A DNA stretch of 45,817 nt, taken from IMG/VR virus record IMGVR_UViG_3300045520_000024; one strand, 5' to 3'. Each line of letters begins with the position of its first letter. Positions within the stretch are counted from its first letter, which is position 1. The translations under genes were made by a program, and so were the position numbers. This document shows, piece after piece, positions 10,801 through 18,771 of this stretch. Below the pieces are notes generated by a model. It saw only the letters and a program-made list of their open reading frames with translations. It was not told the DNA's origin and ran no database searches. The DNA is from a virus.

Positions 10801-11010
10801 AATCATGCTTTTAGTTGATTTATTAGCCTTTTTGCCTAAATCCTCAGACTTTTCAATCGTAAAACTAATCGTTTCTCCAAACTTTTTCATGATGTCATCA
10901 ACTTTACCGACACCGTTAAATAAGTTCTTAAAAACCTTCATTGCTGCACTGTCATCAGCTGTAATTTCTATACCTGCTGAACCAACTTTTTTATCTACCA
11001 AGCAAGTCAC
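4816..11010 (-). CDS. Tape measure protein (2064 aa) with C-terminal LAS/M15-type peptidase and SLT lytic transglycosylase domains
   Basis: Very large ORF after the G/GT chaperone with TM/glycine-rich central repeats. The peptidase motif is SGYRPGDPYYHGKHQALD...DHFDHIH. The SLT motif is MRTESGGNP...GLLQV. The likely true start is the TTG at 11001. Confidence 0.9.
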   Translation of the reverse strand: MTCLVDKKVGSAGIEITADDSAAMKVFKNLFNGVGKVDDIMKKFGETISFTIEKSEDLGKKANKSTKSMIDTFAETKKTVESVTKTIGSISKSLDSQSKNTINNYKKTGDGIKDVNKTLSEDTKQTFEEMKASNDDYNKNLIESVKYSTGEFKRSFIELKDSVVGMAKNIGSAIISAVKKPVEVIQSIPNAARTMGQKVTGFFASGFGQAKDLAISQLEKVKSGINNIPNHARNASNRTKDLFVTGFNSMTLGASSAMSKTARFINELPSRTRQSASNLKTNFVQKIKDIPKSASEMATNVKDKFVSMSESARATGSKVKSFFSNSFNRVKDSAKEAIDNSKNKIKELDGASEKASISIGKISGAFLLLKAGTKIIGAITSSLDSAISRFDTMTKYPKVMQALGFGADQSKKSIDALSAGIDGLPTKLDDIVGINQRMISVSGNIDLATNATIGLNNAFLASGATTDEAARGMDQYIKMLATGKVEGDSWQTLMETMPVSLSKVANALGYVGNSAMIDLQKAMQDGEVTFDQFQEKIIELGTGTGELADLAKINSEGIATSFGNLRNAIGKGVGNVIMELDRLSQKYTGATIAKHIDNGKVIINKAFASIIANLEKLFKVWERVSKLAKPFTDLIPAIKATGKVVFAFFNSLFTQDFTKFSQPMDALREQLYKMFPKDAADGFINGLKNTLFVIGDFITGIKAVAKVATGSINTLSEMDDYLGGTFGEKGTMNILRLGKAITAWLENSKKNFQTAKDVISGVIGGIIDIFQTLFGIFAGDTLSSGTSIFVAISNEATNAFTKLGDIIQNTIIPALHDFSDWMKKNESVVRNVTKVVLALIVAYKTYQGVMAIARGAMLAYQAVLKGAAAAQGVLNAVMNANPIGLIVTAIIGLVAGIMYLWKTNEGFRNAVINIWNGIVDVFSKASESVKKAWEGVSSFFTDLWKSISDGVTGHINNVKAKWQSLKDWFNNLWVGIANIFISAIQGIKDAWNGITGFFTSLGKSIKNSVVIAFTAVTSFILEHFSGAIEGVKTMFTGLVSIFKNAFILIKNVVMGPILLLIDLITGDFEGLKTDLIAILQNLSNAIVGIWQGIITFAIGYFQFLTSIIVTAVTGIKNKVVEIFTTIWNWIVESWNKAITTLAELVLSLVNTIVNGFVNMKNLVIQKINELVADVVSMFVWLVTEVPQKIIELKDSVVQKVIDLKDGFINKIIELKDSVVNKFIEIKDNIVDTVSSIDLTEIAKNIMDGLVKGITDKINAVKDAVGKVTDGIKGWFKEKLDIHSPSRVMAKISQWIPIGVAKGISDKAGTVKNAVQNMGSVVSKTFETAQTVVNVAEPIINNQTQTPDVQTDMNLGTQFTDVLSNDIPDVFNVGSELGSAVSDGIDSTAIEMNQSGNDLMTMLNTVLSKYFPQMSQTGKSLLQNVINGFSSLFVLAQGRAFSIGQLMVANVNKHQTNMRNAGLSLMNSLATGIKNGQGVIQTAIRNINGEMLNGISKGINGLLTGVNFVLSEVGSDRKLPSWKIPAYAKGTDGHPFNGPALVNDARDLNWQEAYQTPDGRVGLFPRIKNLIANLPKGTKVMSGRTVAKMNGLPAYKDGIGDFDIVDLLDGPDAFRNFIDKRVNFDGVKEPWLNMSKSATKLMTGEAFGLVKSEMDKFFSHGTFDGAMNANNVYQYLVDVAQKLMGKFPGLTVTSGYRPGDPYYHGKHQALDLAYPGVIGDSRYKTIADYAFNKFPKQIGYVITLGKVRDRLGLSGTGSSGSWVNWPDNDHFDHIHLNGAMGSGDIFTGSGDTGGMSGVERWRSLAIKALKMEGQYSASNLNAMMNQMRTESGGNPRAINNWDINAINGDPSKGLLQVIGSTFRAHARAPFNKDIYDPLSNMLASIRYAVSRYGSLTAAYRGVGYENGGLITKDGLYRAGEGNKAEMVIPLTKPKRAMELIMQSLKYMGMSGMEFISNIPNVASNLMTNMSDKLNSVKSFSLDNLFDSVAEQLGTLTINVLGGSNSDSSNTDLSEIISLLRQIAAGVGNGTVVVNMDGKRVSRQTAPHTDNELARRGRLEERGVLN

Positions 11011-11079
11011 CTCCTTTTTAAATATTGAGTGTTATTAACCACCTTGTTTGATACTATTAGTTTGAAAGGTGGTGAGAAA

Positions 11080-11640
11080 ATGGATTTTTTAACAAGTGAA
11101 AATGCAATTAATTTATTTAAATTTATCGGTAAAGTAATTGCAGCGATAGGAATATTTACTATTGTTCAAGGAATTCTTTATCTAAAAATAGGTAAAGACT
11201 TTGAATCTATAACTGTAAAAAGATTTCCTGATGAAACTCAAATAAGCGATATTTATAAAGAAGGCTTCGATGTACTCCGAGACATAGATTTAGACCCTGA
11301 CAATAAAGGGACAGATCATAGATATACATTAATCGGACCTGAAGACAAAGAAATGACCAAAATTAAATTTTTAGAACTAGACCAAAAAGGTATGGACAGA
11401 GGTAAATTTATTTATAATGAGATAAATTTGGATGAATATGCAATAAAATCATTAAAACCTCAACAATACCTTTTAGTCAGAACTCCAACTGGGTCTAATA
11501 TTCCGACAAATAAGATTTCTTTTAATATTGATTATCAACCTGGTGAATATGAATTTAGTAGCAATATGCGCTCTGGTTTAAACGATAAAGTAACTTTAGA
11601 AGTAAAAAGAACAATTATGAGTTTCTTGGCTAATTTGTAG
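11080..11640 (+). CDS. Reverse-oriented membrane-anchored hypothetical protein (moron) between tail chaperone and tape measure
   Basis: ATG at 11080 preceded by gaaaggtggtg. There is an N-terminal TM segment FKFIGKVIAAIGIFTIVQGILYL. It is convergent with the GT gene and shares a hairpin terminator with it. Confidence 0.6.
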   Translation: MDFLTSENAINLFKFIGKVIAAIGIFTIVQGILYLKIGKDFESITVKRFPDETQISDIYKEGFDVLRDIDLDPDNKGTDHRYTLIGPEDKEMTKIKFLELDQKGMDRGKFIYNEINLDEYAIKSLKPQQYLLVRTPTGSNIPTNKISFNIDYQPGEYEFSSNMRSGLNDKVTLEVKRTIMSFLANL

Positions 11641-11756
11641 AACGTTATTCCTTCACAGACCATAGACCAATTAATATCGAAGGAATAAGTATATAAAAGA
11701 TTAATTTCCAAAATTCTAAATTTTTTATCAAATCCATTTACTATGTTCCTTTCATC

Positions 11757-11785
11757 AAAAACAGACATCACTGTCTGTTTTTTTA
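11757..11785. terminator. Bidirectional intrinsic terminator
   Basis: Stem acagaca/tgtctgt (11761-11778) is flanked by an A-run and a T-run. Confidence 0.7.
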
Positions 11786-12160
11786 TTTCTTCCACCATTC
11801 GCCTTGTACAAATCCATTAGACACACCTTTTTCTTTTTGTTCAGCCTGTTCTAATGCTTCTTTGTACGAAGGCAGTAACATATCAATCTTCTCTTCACTA
11901 AGCATAGTTGATACTACTTGAGTAACTGCTGTAGTAATATCTTGCTGTTTTTCTCTCCGTTGATTATAAAGAAGTTTTTGAGACTGCTTATACTTCCTTG
12001 TTAACCAGGACGGAGATTTTTCCAGCGTGTACTCTTCTGTGTAATTAAAAAACCACGAAACCGTCTCTACCTGTTCGACTAGTTTGGTGGCGTATTCGGA
12101 AATTGTACTACGGAACTGTTCGATCCAGTGTTTTCCGTTGTCGTTTCTGGTTGTTTTTTC
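11783..12160 (-). CDS. T-extension of the tail assembly chaperone (G-T fusion by -1 frameshift)
   Basis: The -1 frame is open from the A6 run (plus-strand T-run 12154-12159, mRNA ccg aaa aaa caa) to the TAA at 11783-11785. It encodes ...VEQVETVSWFFNYTEEY...GEWWKK. Confidence 0.55.
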   Translation of the reverse strand, partial: EKTTRNDNGKHWIEQFRSTISEYATKLVEQVETVSWFFNYTEEYTLEKSPSWLTRKYKQSQKLLYNQRREKQQDITTAVTQVVSTMLSEEKIDMLLPSYKEALEQAEQKEKGVSNGFVQGEWWKK

Positions 12161-12684
12161 GGTTTGAAGGTTCCTGTTACCTTCTGAATCGCTAAAAAAG
12201 CTTTATGAACGTTTGTATTAGCTAAGAATTCAGAAATGATAATAACAGTATCAAAGATATCCATTTGACCTGCTTCTTGTTCGGAGATACCAAGAATTAC
12301 ACCGATTAACTTAGTAATTGTTTCTTCAGTTAATTCTTCTAAAACAACCTCTACGATCCCCTCGATATCTCTACTATCAAAAGCGGTTACTTGATTGCCG
12401 TCAGCATCTAAAACAGGCTCATTTCCTGTATATTGAATAGGATTACCAGTTTCATCAAGAATTTTTTCATTCTTTTCATCCAACTTGAACATGCCTTTTG
12501 GATAAAATACTGGTTTCTTAACCGTTGAAGTCACTTTGCTGTAAATTCCTGTAAAATCACCAGTCATCATTTTAGCCAGTTTTAACACCTTACTTGTTGT
12601 TAGTTTAGGCATAGGAAAAGCACTGCCATCAGACAGTGCGATTACCTTTTTATTTTCTACCATTGAATTAATTTGATCAGTCAT
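12079..12684 (-). CDS. Tail assembly chaperone (gpG-like)
   Basis: It lies between the major tail protein and the tape measure. It is an acidic protein with an overlapping -1 ORF. Confidence 0.65.
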   Translation of the reverse strand: MTDQINSMVENKKVIALSDGSAFPMPKLTTSKVLKLAKMMTGDFTGIYSKVTSTVKKPVFYPKGMFKLDEKNEKILDETGNPIQYTGNEPVLDADGNQVTAFDSRDIEGIVEVVLEELTEETITKLIGVILGISEQEAGQMDIFDTVIIISEFLANTNVHKAFLAIQKVTGTFKPKKQPETTTENTGSNSSVVQFPNTPPN

Positions 12685-12703
12685 TATTGTTTCCTCCTAG
12701 ATT

Positions 12704-13525
12704 TTATAATAAAGTTTGCTCTACTTCGATATAGACATTTTCGTCTTCTGGTAAATCATCTTGTGCAAAAGCCACAAAGCCAACTGGCAAAGTACGTTTT
12801 TCTTTATTGAACGTTGATTCAACTTCATCACCGTTTAATTTCACTTCATAATAAACAATCATTAATAAAGTGCCATCTTCACGTTGAGAAATAAGAGCTA
12901 ATTGAACTGCTGGAACTGATTCAGGAGCACCATAAGAAATAGTTTTAGTACCTAATTCTTTAACTGGTAACACATCAGTATCAGCAGGATAGCCGCCTTC
13001 TTTGTTAATTGCTTTTTTCAAGCGAATAACATCGCCATCAACTGTACCAACTGCGATTGTTTCATCACCAATTTTAATGAAACGACTTTTCGCAAATTCT
13101 GTGCCATCAGCTACTTTAATCAATTTAGTACCGTTTGGAATAGCAGCAGTTGTTTTGCTTGCAGTTCCTAAAACAGCAGGAGTTTCAGAAATAGCCCCAC
13201 CAACATTAACTAATTGACGATTTTCAATAGATGTTTCCATCAAAGTGGTTGAAATTGCGTTAGTCCAACTTGAAACAGATGTGTCGATTGGTGTTTTTGA
13301 TTGATCGATTTCAACATCTTCTGTATCAAATCCACGTGACTGAGCAATACCGTCGTTTGTAGCTCCTAAATCACTCCAACCATCTTTAGCTTCAAATGAT
13401 TCTAGATCCATTACATCGCTAATTTTTTTAGGACGATTTAAAGTATTTGAGTTCCACAATAAACGACCTGCTCCACCTTGAATATTCTTCTTATCATATT
13501 TATAAACATTATTTTTTTCTGCCAT
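12704..13525 (-). CDS. Major tail protein
   Basis: ORF of 273 aa directly upstream of the chaperone pair. The call rests on position. Confidence 0.65.
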   Translation of the reverse strand: MAEKNNVYKYDKKNIQGGAGRLLWNSNTLNRPKKISDVMDLESFEAKDGWSDLGATNDGIAQSRGFDTEDVEIDQSKTPIDTSVSSWTNAISTTLMETSIENRQLVNVGGAISETPAVLGTASKTTAAIPNGTKLIKVADGTEFAKSRFIKIGDETIAVGTVDGDVIRLKKAINKEGGYPADTDVLPVKELGTKTISYGAPESVPAVQLALISQREDGTLLMIVYYEVKLNGDEVESTFNKEKRTLPVGFVAFAQDDLPEDENVYIEVEQTLL

Positions 13526-13527
13526 AA

Positions 13528-13776
13528 TTATTTGACCTCCTCATAGTCCCATGAGCAACCATATTTTAGTGTTTGAAGCTCATCTTCTGTTAATTCAGCA
13601 ATTTCTCCGTTTAGATACTGAATATCGTTTAGTTGTAAAACACCGATCATATTTGTTGGCGCGATTAACTTAACTTTTGTTTTTGTCTCTTCATTTGCTT
13701 TAACCTCTTTTGTTTCTTGAGGTTTCTTTTCAAACTGCTTTTTTTCTTTTGACATATTGACACTCCTAACTTTCAA
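13528..13776 (-). CDS. Hypothetical small structural-module protein
   Basis: ORF tightly packed between the tail terminator-like gene and the major tail gene. Confidence 0.45.
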   Translation of the reverse strand: MKVRSVNMSKEKKQFEKKPQETKEVKANEETKTKVKLIAPTNMIGVLQLNDIQYLNGEIAELTEDELQTLKYGCSWDYEEVK

Positions 13777-14119
13777 AATAATTAATACTCATATAACACC
13801 ATGCTTCTGGTATCTTGGTTTCCTCATCCATATCTGGATAAATAGGTGTTGTTAGTTTCATATCGAATACATTAATACCATCAATCCCAGCGTGATTACG
13901 TTGTAAATAGTTAGCGACATCGGTACAGACGTTAAGAGCGTTAATATCATTGTCGTCTCTAACTAACAGCTGGATAGTTGTTTTTCCAACTGATTTTACT
14001 TGTAAAGCTGGCTTTTCCACCGTTTTATCTAACTTGAAAGGCCTAATCGTTTTGATTTCCTCTTTGAATATTGGTTTTAAAAAACTTGCGATTGGTAATG
14101 TTGCATCTACGAAATCCAT
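13766..14119 (-). CDS. Tail terminator / tail completion-like protein
   Basis: It follows the gp10-like gene in the canonical order. The call rests on position. Confidence 0.45.
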   Translation of the reverse strand: MDFVDATLPIASFLKPIFKEEIKTIRPFKLDKTVEKPALQVKSVGKTTIQLLVRDDNDINALNVCTDVANYLQRNHAGIDGINVFDMKLTTPIYPDMDEETKIPEAWCYMSINYFES

Positions 14120-14127
14120 TTAAACAC

Positions 14128-14550
14128 CTACTTTCCTAATATAGTTTTCCTTACTGCCATGCTTCCAACTTCAAGCATTCGTTTTTCATTAGCATCTAAA
14201 GAACGAGCCATAATGTTATAGCGTTTTTCTAAAGGTGCTGCATACCTCACATCTGAGCCAATTGTTAAAATAGTCTCGTTTGCTTTTTCGACTGTGTCAT
14301 TAATTGGCGTTCCTTTTTGGATAATCCCGTTTTTACCAGGAATATTAGTTTCATAACCAATGCTGTTGACATAAGCTCCGGTATCGATATGATCATCTGA
14401 TTGAGTGATTTCCTTTGCTCCATCAGCCCACGCGATACCCATTGCTTTTACTGCAGTTTCTCTTGCTAAAGGCATTTTACTATCAATTTCAGCAAAGAAT
14501 TTTTGAGCTTGCTTATCAAATTTAAAAGAAGCTGATGCACGTTTTCCCAT
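14128..14550 (-). CDS. HK97 gp10-family head-tail joining protein
   Basis: The N-terminus MGKRASASFKFDKQAQKFFAEID and the size are typical of the gp10 family, and the position fits. Confidence 0.55.
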   Translation of the reverse strand: MGKRASASFKFDKQAQKFFAEIDSKMPLARETAVKAMGIAWADGAKEITQSDDHIDTGAYVNSIGYETNIPGKNGIIQKGTPINDTVEKANETILTIGSDVRYAAPLEKRYNIMARSLDANEKRMLEVGSMAVRKTILGK

Positions 14551-14551
14551 A

Positions 14552-14911
14552 TCAAACAGCTCCTTTCAAGATAATTTTATAATGATGCAAGGAATCAAAG
14601 TCATTACGAGGGAGTATTTCCTCAGCTCTGAACTCGTCACTAGCTAATAGATTGCCTTTACCATCTTTGATATTTTTAATTCGCATATCATCATTAATCT
14701 CTTGATCAGCTGATAAAACAAGAGTTGATTCATACAAGCCTTTTGTATCATCTGTAACAATGACGTTTTTCAGCCGTTTTCTCATGAAACGACAAGGAAT
14801 TAAAGGAACTTCTTTATCTTTAATGATAGGTCTGTCCCAGTCGTCTACCTCATCACCACTAGAAGGGATAACGAGGGTACACGTATGATTTAAAAAGTCA
14901 TCGAATGCCAT
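14552..14911 (-). CDS. Head closure / head-tail adaptor protein (start MAFDDFLNHTC)
   Basis: It follows the connector gene. The ATG at 14911 gives a short overlap with the upstream gene. Confidence 0.5.
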   Translation of the reverse strand: MAFDDFLNHTCTLVIPSSGDEVDDWDRPIIKDKEVPLIPCRFMRKRLKNVIVTDDTKGLYESTLVLSADQEINDDMRIKNIKDGKGNLLASDEFRAEEILPRNDFDSLHHYKIILKGAV

Positions 14912-15353
14912 AAGACATCTTCCTTCTTTTTGCTCTTGTAGGTCCAGAAACACCAAAAAAAGCATGAGAACTTATCGGAACAAGTAACGATTCTAGAATT
15001 AAATCAAGCTCCGTATCTCCTGTATTAGTATCTAGCTTATCTAACGATTGGCTAGACAATGAATAAGAATAATCATCCATCGACTCAGATTGCAGTCCAC
15101 TCATTTTTCTTTCAATAGCTTTTCTGTTTGAATCCATGAAAAAAAGATAGTCAACCATTTTAATAGTCGCTATCTTTAATTTCTTCTGAATCATTTCATC
15201 GCCTGTTTTAGAATAATCACAGTGAACTCTTGCTGTGATTTGAATATCAGCACGTTCGATATAACCTTGAATCTCAGTGTCTTTCAGTTCTTTAAATGAC
15301 TCATCAGCTTTATATTTTGATGTGTCTCTAACATCTTGAATAGTTGCGAACAT
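14898..15353 (-). CDS. gp6-like head-tail connector protein
   Basis: The N-terminus MFATIQDVRD...IQGYIERADIQI fits the gp6-like connector pattern, and the position fits. Confidence 0.55.
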   Translation of the reverse strand: MFATIQDVRDTSKYKADESFKELKDTEIQGYIERADIQITARVHCDYSKTGDEMIQKKLKIATIKMVDYLFFMDSNRKAIERKMSGLQSESMDDYSYSLSSQSLDKLDTNTGDTELDLILESLLVPISSHAFFGVSGPTRAKRRKMSYGIR

Positions 15354-15363
15354 CGAATCCCTC

Positions 15364-15675
15364 CTATTCTTCTACTTTGACAATGAATCCTGAGTCTAAT
15401 CTAGCTTGAATTGGTCCAGTGATTACATCAGGTAAAGGAATTTTATCTTCACTAGTAATCACGAAACGACCATCGTAAAACATGGTATCGGGTTTAGAAA
15501 GAGTATAAAGTTCTGGTTTCTCAACTTCGTCAGCTGTTTCAACTTCTTCTGTTTCGGTTAGCTCTCCTTGATTCTCATCAACAGTAACTGTTTCATCGTT
15601 TACGACTTCTTCTATAACTTCGTCAGCTGTTTCAACAGGTTTAGTTTCTTTCTTTTCCTCTTTTTTCTTAGCCAA
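15364..15675 (-). CDS. Hypothetical acidic protein after the capsid gene
   Basis: ORF of 103 aa with a very acidic N-terminal half. Confidence 0.45.
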   Translation of the reverse strand: MAKKKEEKKETKPVETADEVIEEVVNDETVTVDENQGELTETEEVETADEVEKPELYTLSKPDTMFYDGRFVITSEDKIPLPDVITGPIQARLDSGFIVKVEE

Positions 15676-15686
15676 GATAATCCCTC

Positions 15687-16784
15687 CTAAACTCTAGCTT
15701 TTGTAATATCAACAATAAGACGAGCGCGTTTTTCAAATGGTACATATCCAGCTGTTTTAGTAGAATATGAACCTTCCAATTGAGTTTTAGCACTACGTTC
15801 TGTTTCAGTAGAAAATGGTTTATAAGTGTACTCTTGTAAAGCAAAACCAGTATCAACGAACATGATTTTTCCATCAGGCATTTTTTTGTTGATAAATGGA
15901 GCTGATTTAATTACATTTGGCATATCACCATTTAAGATATTACCTAAGAATAATGGATTACCGGCTTGAGTAACATTTTTTAACCACAATTCAGCAGTTT
16001 TTAAGTTCATTACTACTCTATCGGGAGTAAATCCGTATTCGTCATTCATGTAATAAGTCGCATACCACATATCGACTGGATCAAGCTCGTTCACTTTTGA
16101 AACTCCGATAACTTCTGGAGCATCCCAACCATCATCAAAGTAACCATTACTTAATGTTTCAATAGCTAAACGCTCATCAGTAATTCCCATACGTTGACCA
16201 CGACGCTTTAAGAAAGCGGCTAACATATCAATTTTCATTGATTTAGCTTCATCAGTGATTTCTACACCACCACCACGTTTGTAGACACGGATTGAACGTT
16301 TATCTTGAAGTCCAATTGTTGTAACTGGAATTGGAGCACCTTGAGCAACAAGATTGAAATCTAAGTTGCTATCTTTGTCATCGTCAGAATCTTCATAGTA
16401 GTAAAATTCTTGAGTTTGTTGCTCCATTGGCACGTTACCCATAATTAACTCACTTGCACGACCAGATTTCTCATAACCATTACGAACGTAATCTTCTGTA
16501 ATGATTGGGAATAAAGGCTTAGTGTTTGTATTTGTAAACATTTGTTCAACGCTACGAGTCCAAATGTTTGGGTCAAGTGCTCGTTTTGCATCGTCCCATG
16601 TTAAACCTTCTTTTTCGAAAACACCGCGTAATAACGCTGATGAATTCTTTTCTAGTAAAGAACTACCTTGAGCAGCAAAACGTTCTTCTTTAGCAACTTT
16701 TGCCATTTCTTGACGTAACTCAGCACCTGAAGCAGGTAACTCAATTTGTTTTCCATCTTTTAAAGCTTTTCTAAATAAACCCAT
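15687..16784 (-). CDS. Major capsid protein
   Basis: ORF of 365 aa after the protease and the DUF2190-like gene. The call rests on position. Confidence 0.7.
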   Translation of the reverse strand: MGLFRKALKDGKQIELPASGAELRQEMAKVAKEERFAAQGSSLLEKNSSALLRGVFEKEGLTWDDAKRALDPNIWTRSVEQMFTNTNTKPLFPIITEDYVRNGYEKSGRASELIMGNVPMEQQTQEFYYYEDSDDDKDSNLDFNLVAQGAPIPVTTIGLQDKRSIRVYKRGGGVEITDEAKSMKIDMLAAFLKRRGQRMGITDERLAIETLSNGYFDDGWDAPEVIGVSKVNELDPVDMWYATYYMNDEYGFTPDRVVMNLKTAELWLKNVTQAGNPLFLGNILNGDMPNVIKSAPFINKKMPDGKIMFVDTGFALQEYTYKPFSTETERSAKTQLEGSYSTKTAGYVPFEKRARLIVDITKARV

Positions 16785-17167
16785 TAAATAAGCACCTCCG
16801 CTTGATTTTTAGCAGCATTAACTTTTAATACTACGATGTGTGATACATCAGTCGCGTCCTTTTTAAACTTACCATCAGCACCAACAACTAATTTGTCACC
16901 AACAGCTACACCGTCAGCCACATTTAAAAGAACGTTACGACTAAAGCCAGTTACGAAAGCACTAATCGGAACGTTCTTCTCTTTTTCTTGAACTTTCGCA
17001 AATAGTTGAGGCACTTCTCCATCAGTTGCTTTTCTAACTCCATAATCTCCAACAGTTGGATCTAAAATTAATCCATCACCAAAATTAACTGGCTCCTTAC
17101 AAAATACGGTTAATGATAAACCGTACGAATCTGGTAAAATACCACCTTTAGGCCATCTTAAACTCAT
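16784..17167 (-). CDS. DUF2190-like head protein (possible decoration/scaffold accessory)
   Basis: 127 aa, Gly/Val-rich and beta-type, lying between the protease and the capsid gene. Confidence 0.45.
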   Translation of the reverse strand: MSLRWPKGGILPDSYGLSLTVFCKEPVNFGDGLILDPTVGDYGVRKATDGEVPQLFAKVQEKEKNVPISAFVTGFSRNVLLNVADGVAVGDKLVVGADGKFKKDATDVSHIVVLKVNAAKNQAEVLI

Positions 17168-17183
17168 TTATATCTCCCCTTTC

Positions 17184-18350
17184 TTAATCCAAGACAACAA
17201 CGTCATCGTTGCTATCATCATCATTACCACCTAATTGACGACCTGGTTTGAATTTGTCGCCTTTCATTTTGCGGTAACTTTCAATTTCTGCTTTGATATA
17301 TTCAATATCGCCAGAACGTTCTAACAAGGCTTTGTAGCTCTCAGCATTGAAAGTATCACCTTGAACAGCTACACGCTCTTTTACAGCTTCTTCCACTAAA
17401 TCTTCTACATATTTACGACCATGTTTAGCCTCAGTTTTAAGATTACGGATAGCTTCAACAGTTGCTAAATCTTCCCCTAGCTCATTTCTGATAGCTGTAT
17501 CTTCTTGAGAACGTAAAGAATGACCTCCATCAGTTAAAGCTGCTCTTACTGCACTACGCTCAATAGAACCATCCTTTAAACCTTTTTTTAATTCTTCAAT
17601 AACATTCACGTTATCACTACCTCTCTTTGATTTTTTTGTATTTAAAAAGGCATCAGAATCACGTTCAAAACGCGTCTGATACCTTTCTTCAAACATATTA
17701 ATTTGTTTTTCTTTTAAAGAACCGTCTGAAATTTCAGAACGGACCTTTTCGATGTATGCATCAGGACAAGCGCCCTTATACACTGTGGAAACCTCACGAA
17801 GTCTTGCATCAACTATCCAAAAGAATACTCGATTTCCATCTTCGTCAGTATCACCTGGAAAATATGGTGTATCCCACAGATCTTTACCATCAGCCGAACA
17901 CTTATACCACATATCTGGACCACCAAATCCCACGCTCATGTCACGTAGAACTCCTGTTTCGATAGCTCTGATTGTGTCATCTGTACTTACACCGTTGATT
18001 GTTACACCTCTTGGAATGTACCAACGACCACGAACTGACGTTATACCGTCTTTTTCTATGATTTCAGCATCAAAAGAACGACCGTAAGGGTTTCTATCAG
18101 TATTGTGACCTTCCATTAAAGCAGTACCAAGAATTAAATCATCAGCAAAGTTTCTTAATGTTGTTGTCGGGTCCATTCGTGTGTCATAGCTGTCCAATGC
18201 ATCAGATGAACAAATGCCTTCGTAGACAAATACATCTTCTCTAGCAAGAGGTTTAAGCGTATGACGATTGATTAATTCTAAATCTTTGTCGCTAAAATCT
18301 GCATTGCTAGATGTAATTCTAATTGGTGCCATCACGTTAGAAACTATCAT
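17184..18350 (-). CDS. Prohead protease fused to a scaffold-like coiled-coil C-terminus
   Basis: The N-domain carries the GHNTDRNPYGRSF motif. The C-terminal half is charged and helical. It lies between the portal and capsid genes. Confidence 0.5.
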   Translation of the reverse strand: MIVSNVMAPIRITSSNADFSDKDLELINRHTLKPLAREDVFVYEGICSSDALDSYDTRMDPTTTLRNFADDLILGTALMEGHNTDRNPYGRSFDAEIIEKDGITSVRGRWYIPRGVTINGVSTDDTIRAIETGVLRDMSVGFGGPDMWYKCSADGKDLWDTPYFPGDTDEDGNRVFFWIVDARLREVSTVYKGACPDAYIEKVRSEISDGSLKEKQINMFEERYQTRFERDSDAFLNTKKSKRGSDNVNVIEELKKGLKDGSIERSAVRAALTDGGHSLRSQEDTAIRNELGEDLATVEAIRNLKTEAKHGRKYVEDLVEEAVKERVAVQGDTFNAESYKALLERSGDIEYIKAEIESYRKMKGDKFKPGRQLGGNDDDSNDDVVVLD

Positions 18351-18380
18351 TTATTTATCACCACCTTTCAATTATTGTAT

Positions 18381-18749
18381 TTATTTACGGCTATTAGATT
18401 TGATATTTTTAGGCTTTGGTATTTTTTTCTCATTCCCTTTTGGTTGATAGCCTTTTAGGAATGGTGGATTTGCTTCTTTTTTTATAGGTTTTCTATGCCA
18501 ATCTCTACCATCATATGTTGGTGGTAACGGAACATCAGCAGCTTTAACTTTAGATTGAATTCCTCTATCTTCATTATCTTTTGAAACATTCCCGTTAATA
18601 ACCTTGATAATTTCATCCGATTCAACACCTAGCAAACTTTGTCTATATGCAAATTTGTACTTACATAACTTATTTAACAAACTTGCAACTATTGCAAGGC
18701 TTGTTATACCTGTGATACATAAAATAATTAATTGTCCCATGTTATCCAT
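18381..18749 (-). CDS. Small membrane-anchored basic protein inside the head module
   Basis: N-terminal TM segment GQLIILCITGITSLAIVASLL followed by a Lys/Pro-rich tail. Confidence 0.45.
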   Translation of the reverse strand: MDNMGQLIILCITGITSLAIVASLLNKLCKYKFAYRQSLLGVESDEIIKVINGNVSKDNEDRGIQSKVKAADVPLPPTYDGRDWHRKPIKKEANPPFLKGYQPKGNEKKIPKPKNIKSNSRK

Positions 18750-18771
18750 CCTTAACTTTCAGTTTGGCTTT

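Noticed and set aside
11535-11798. Minus-strand 87-aa ORF from the ORF track
   Set aside because: It overlaps the 3' end of the better-supported plus-strand gene and runs through the terminator hairpin. The real minus-strand coding sequence here is the GT extension, in another frame, which ends at 11783.
15668-15874. Minus-strand 68-aa ORF overlapping the capsid gene
   Set aside because: It is an out-of-frame overlap with the major capsid ORF. It has no RBS and an implausible composition.
17752-18087. Plus-strand ORFs inside the protease/scaffold gene
   Set aside because: They are antisense to a well-supported structural gene and have no translation signals.
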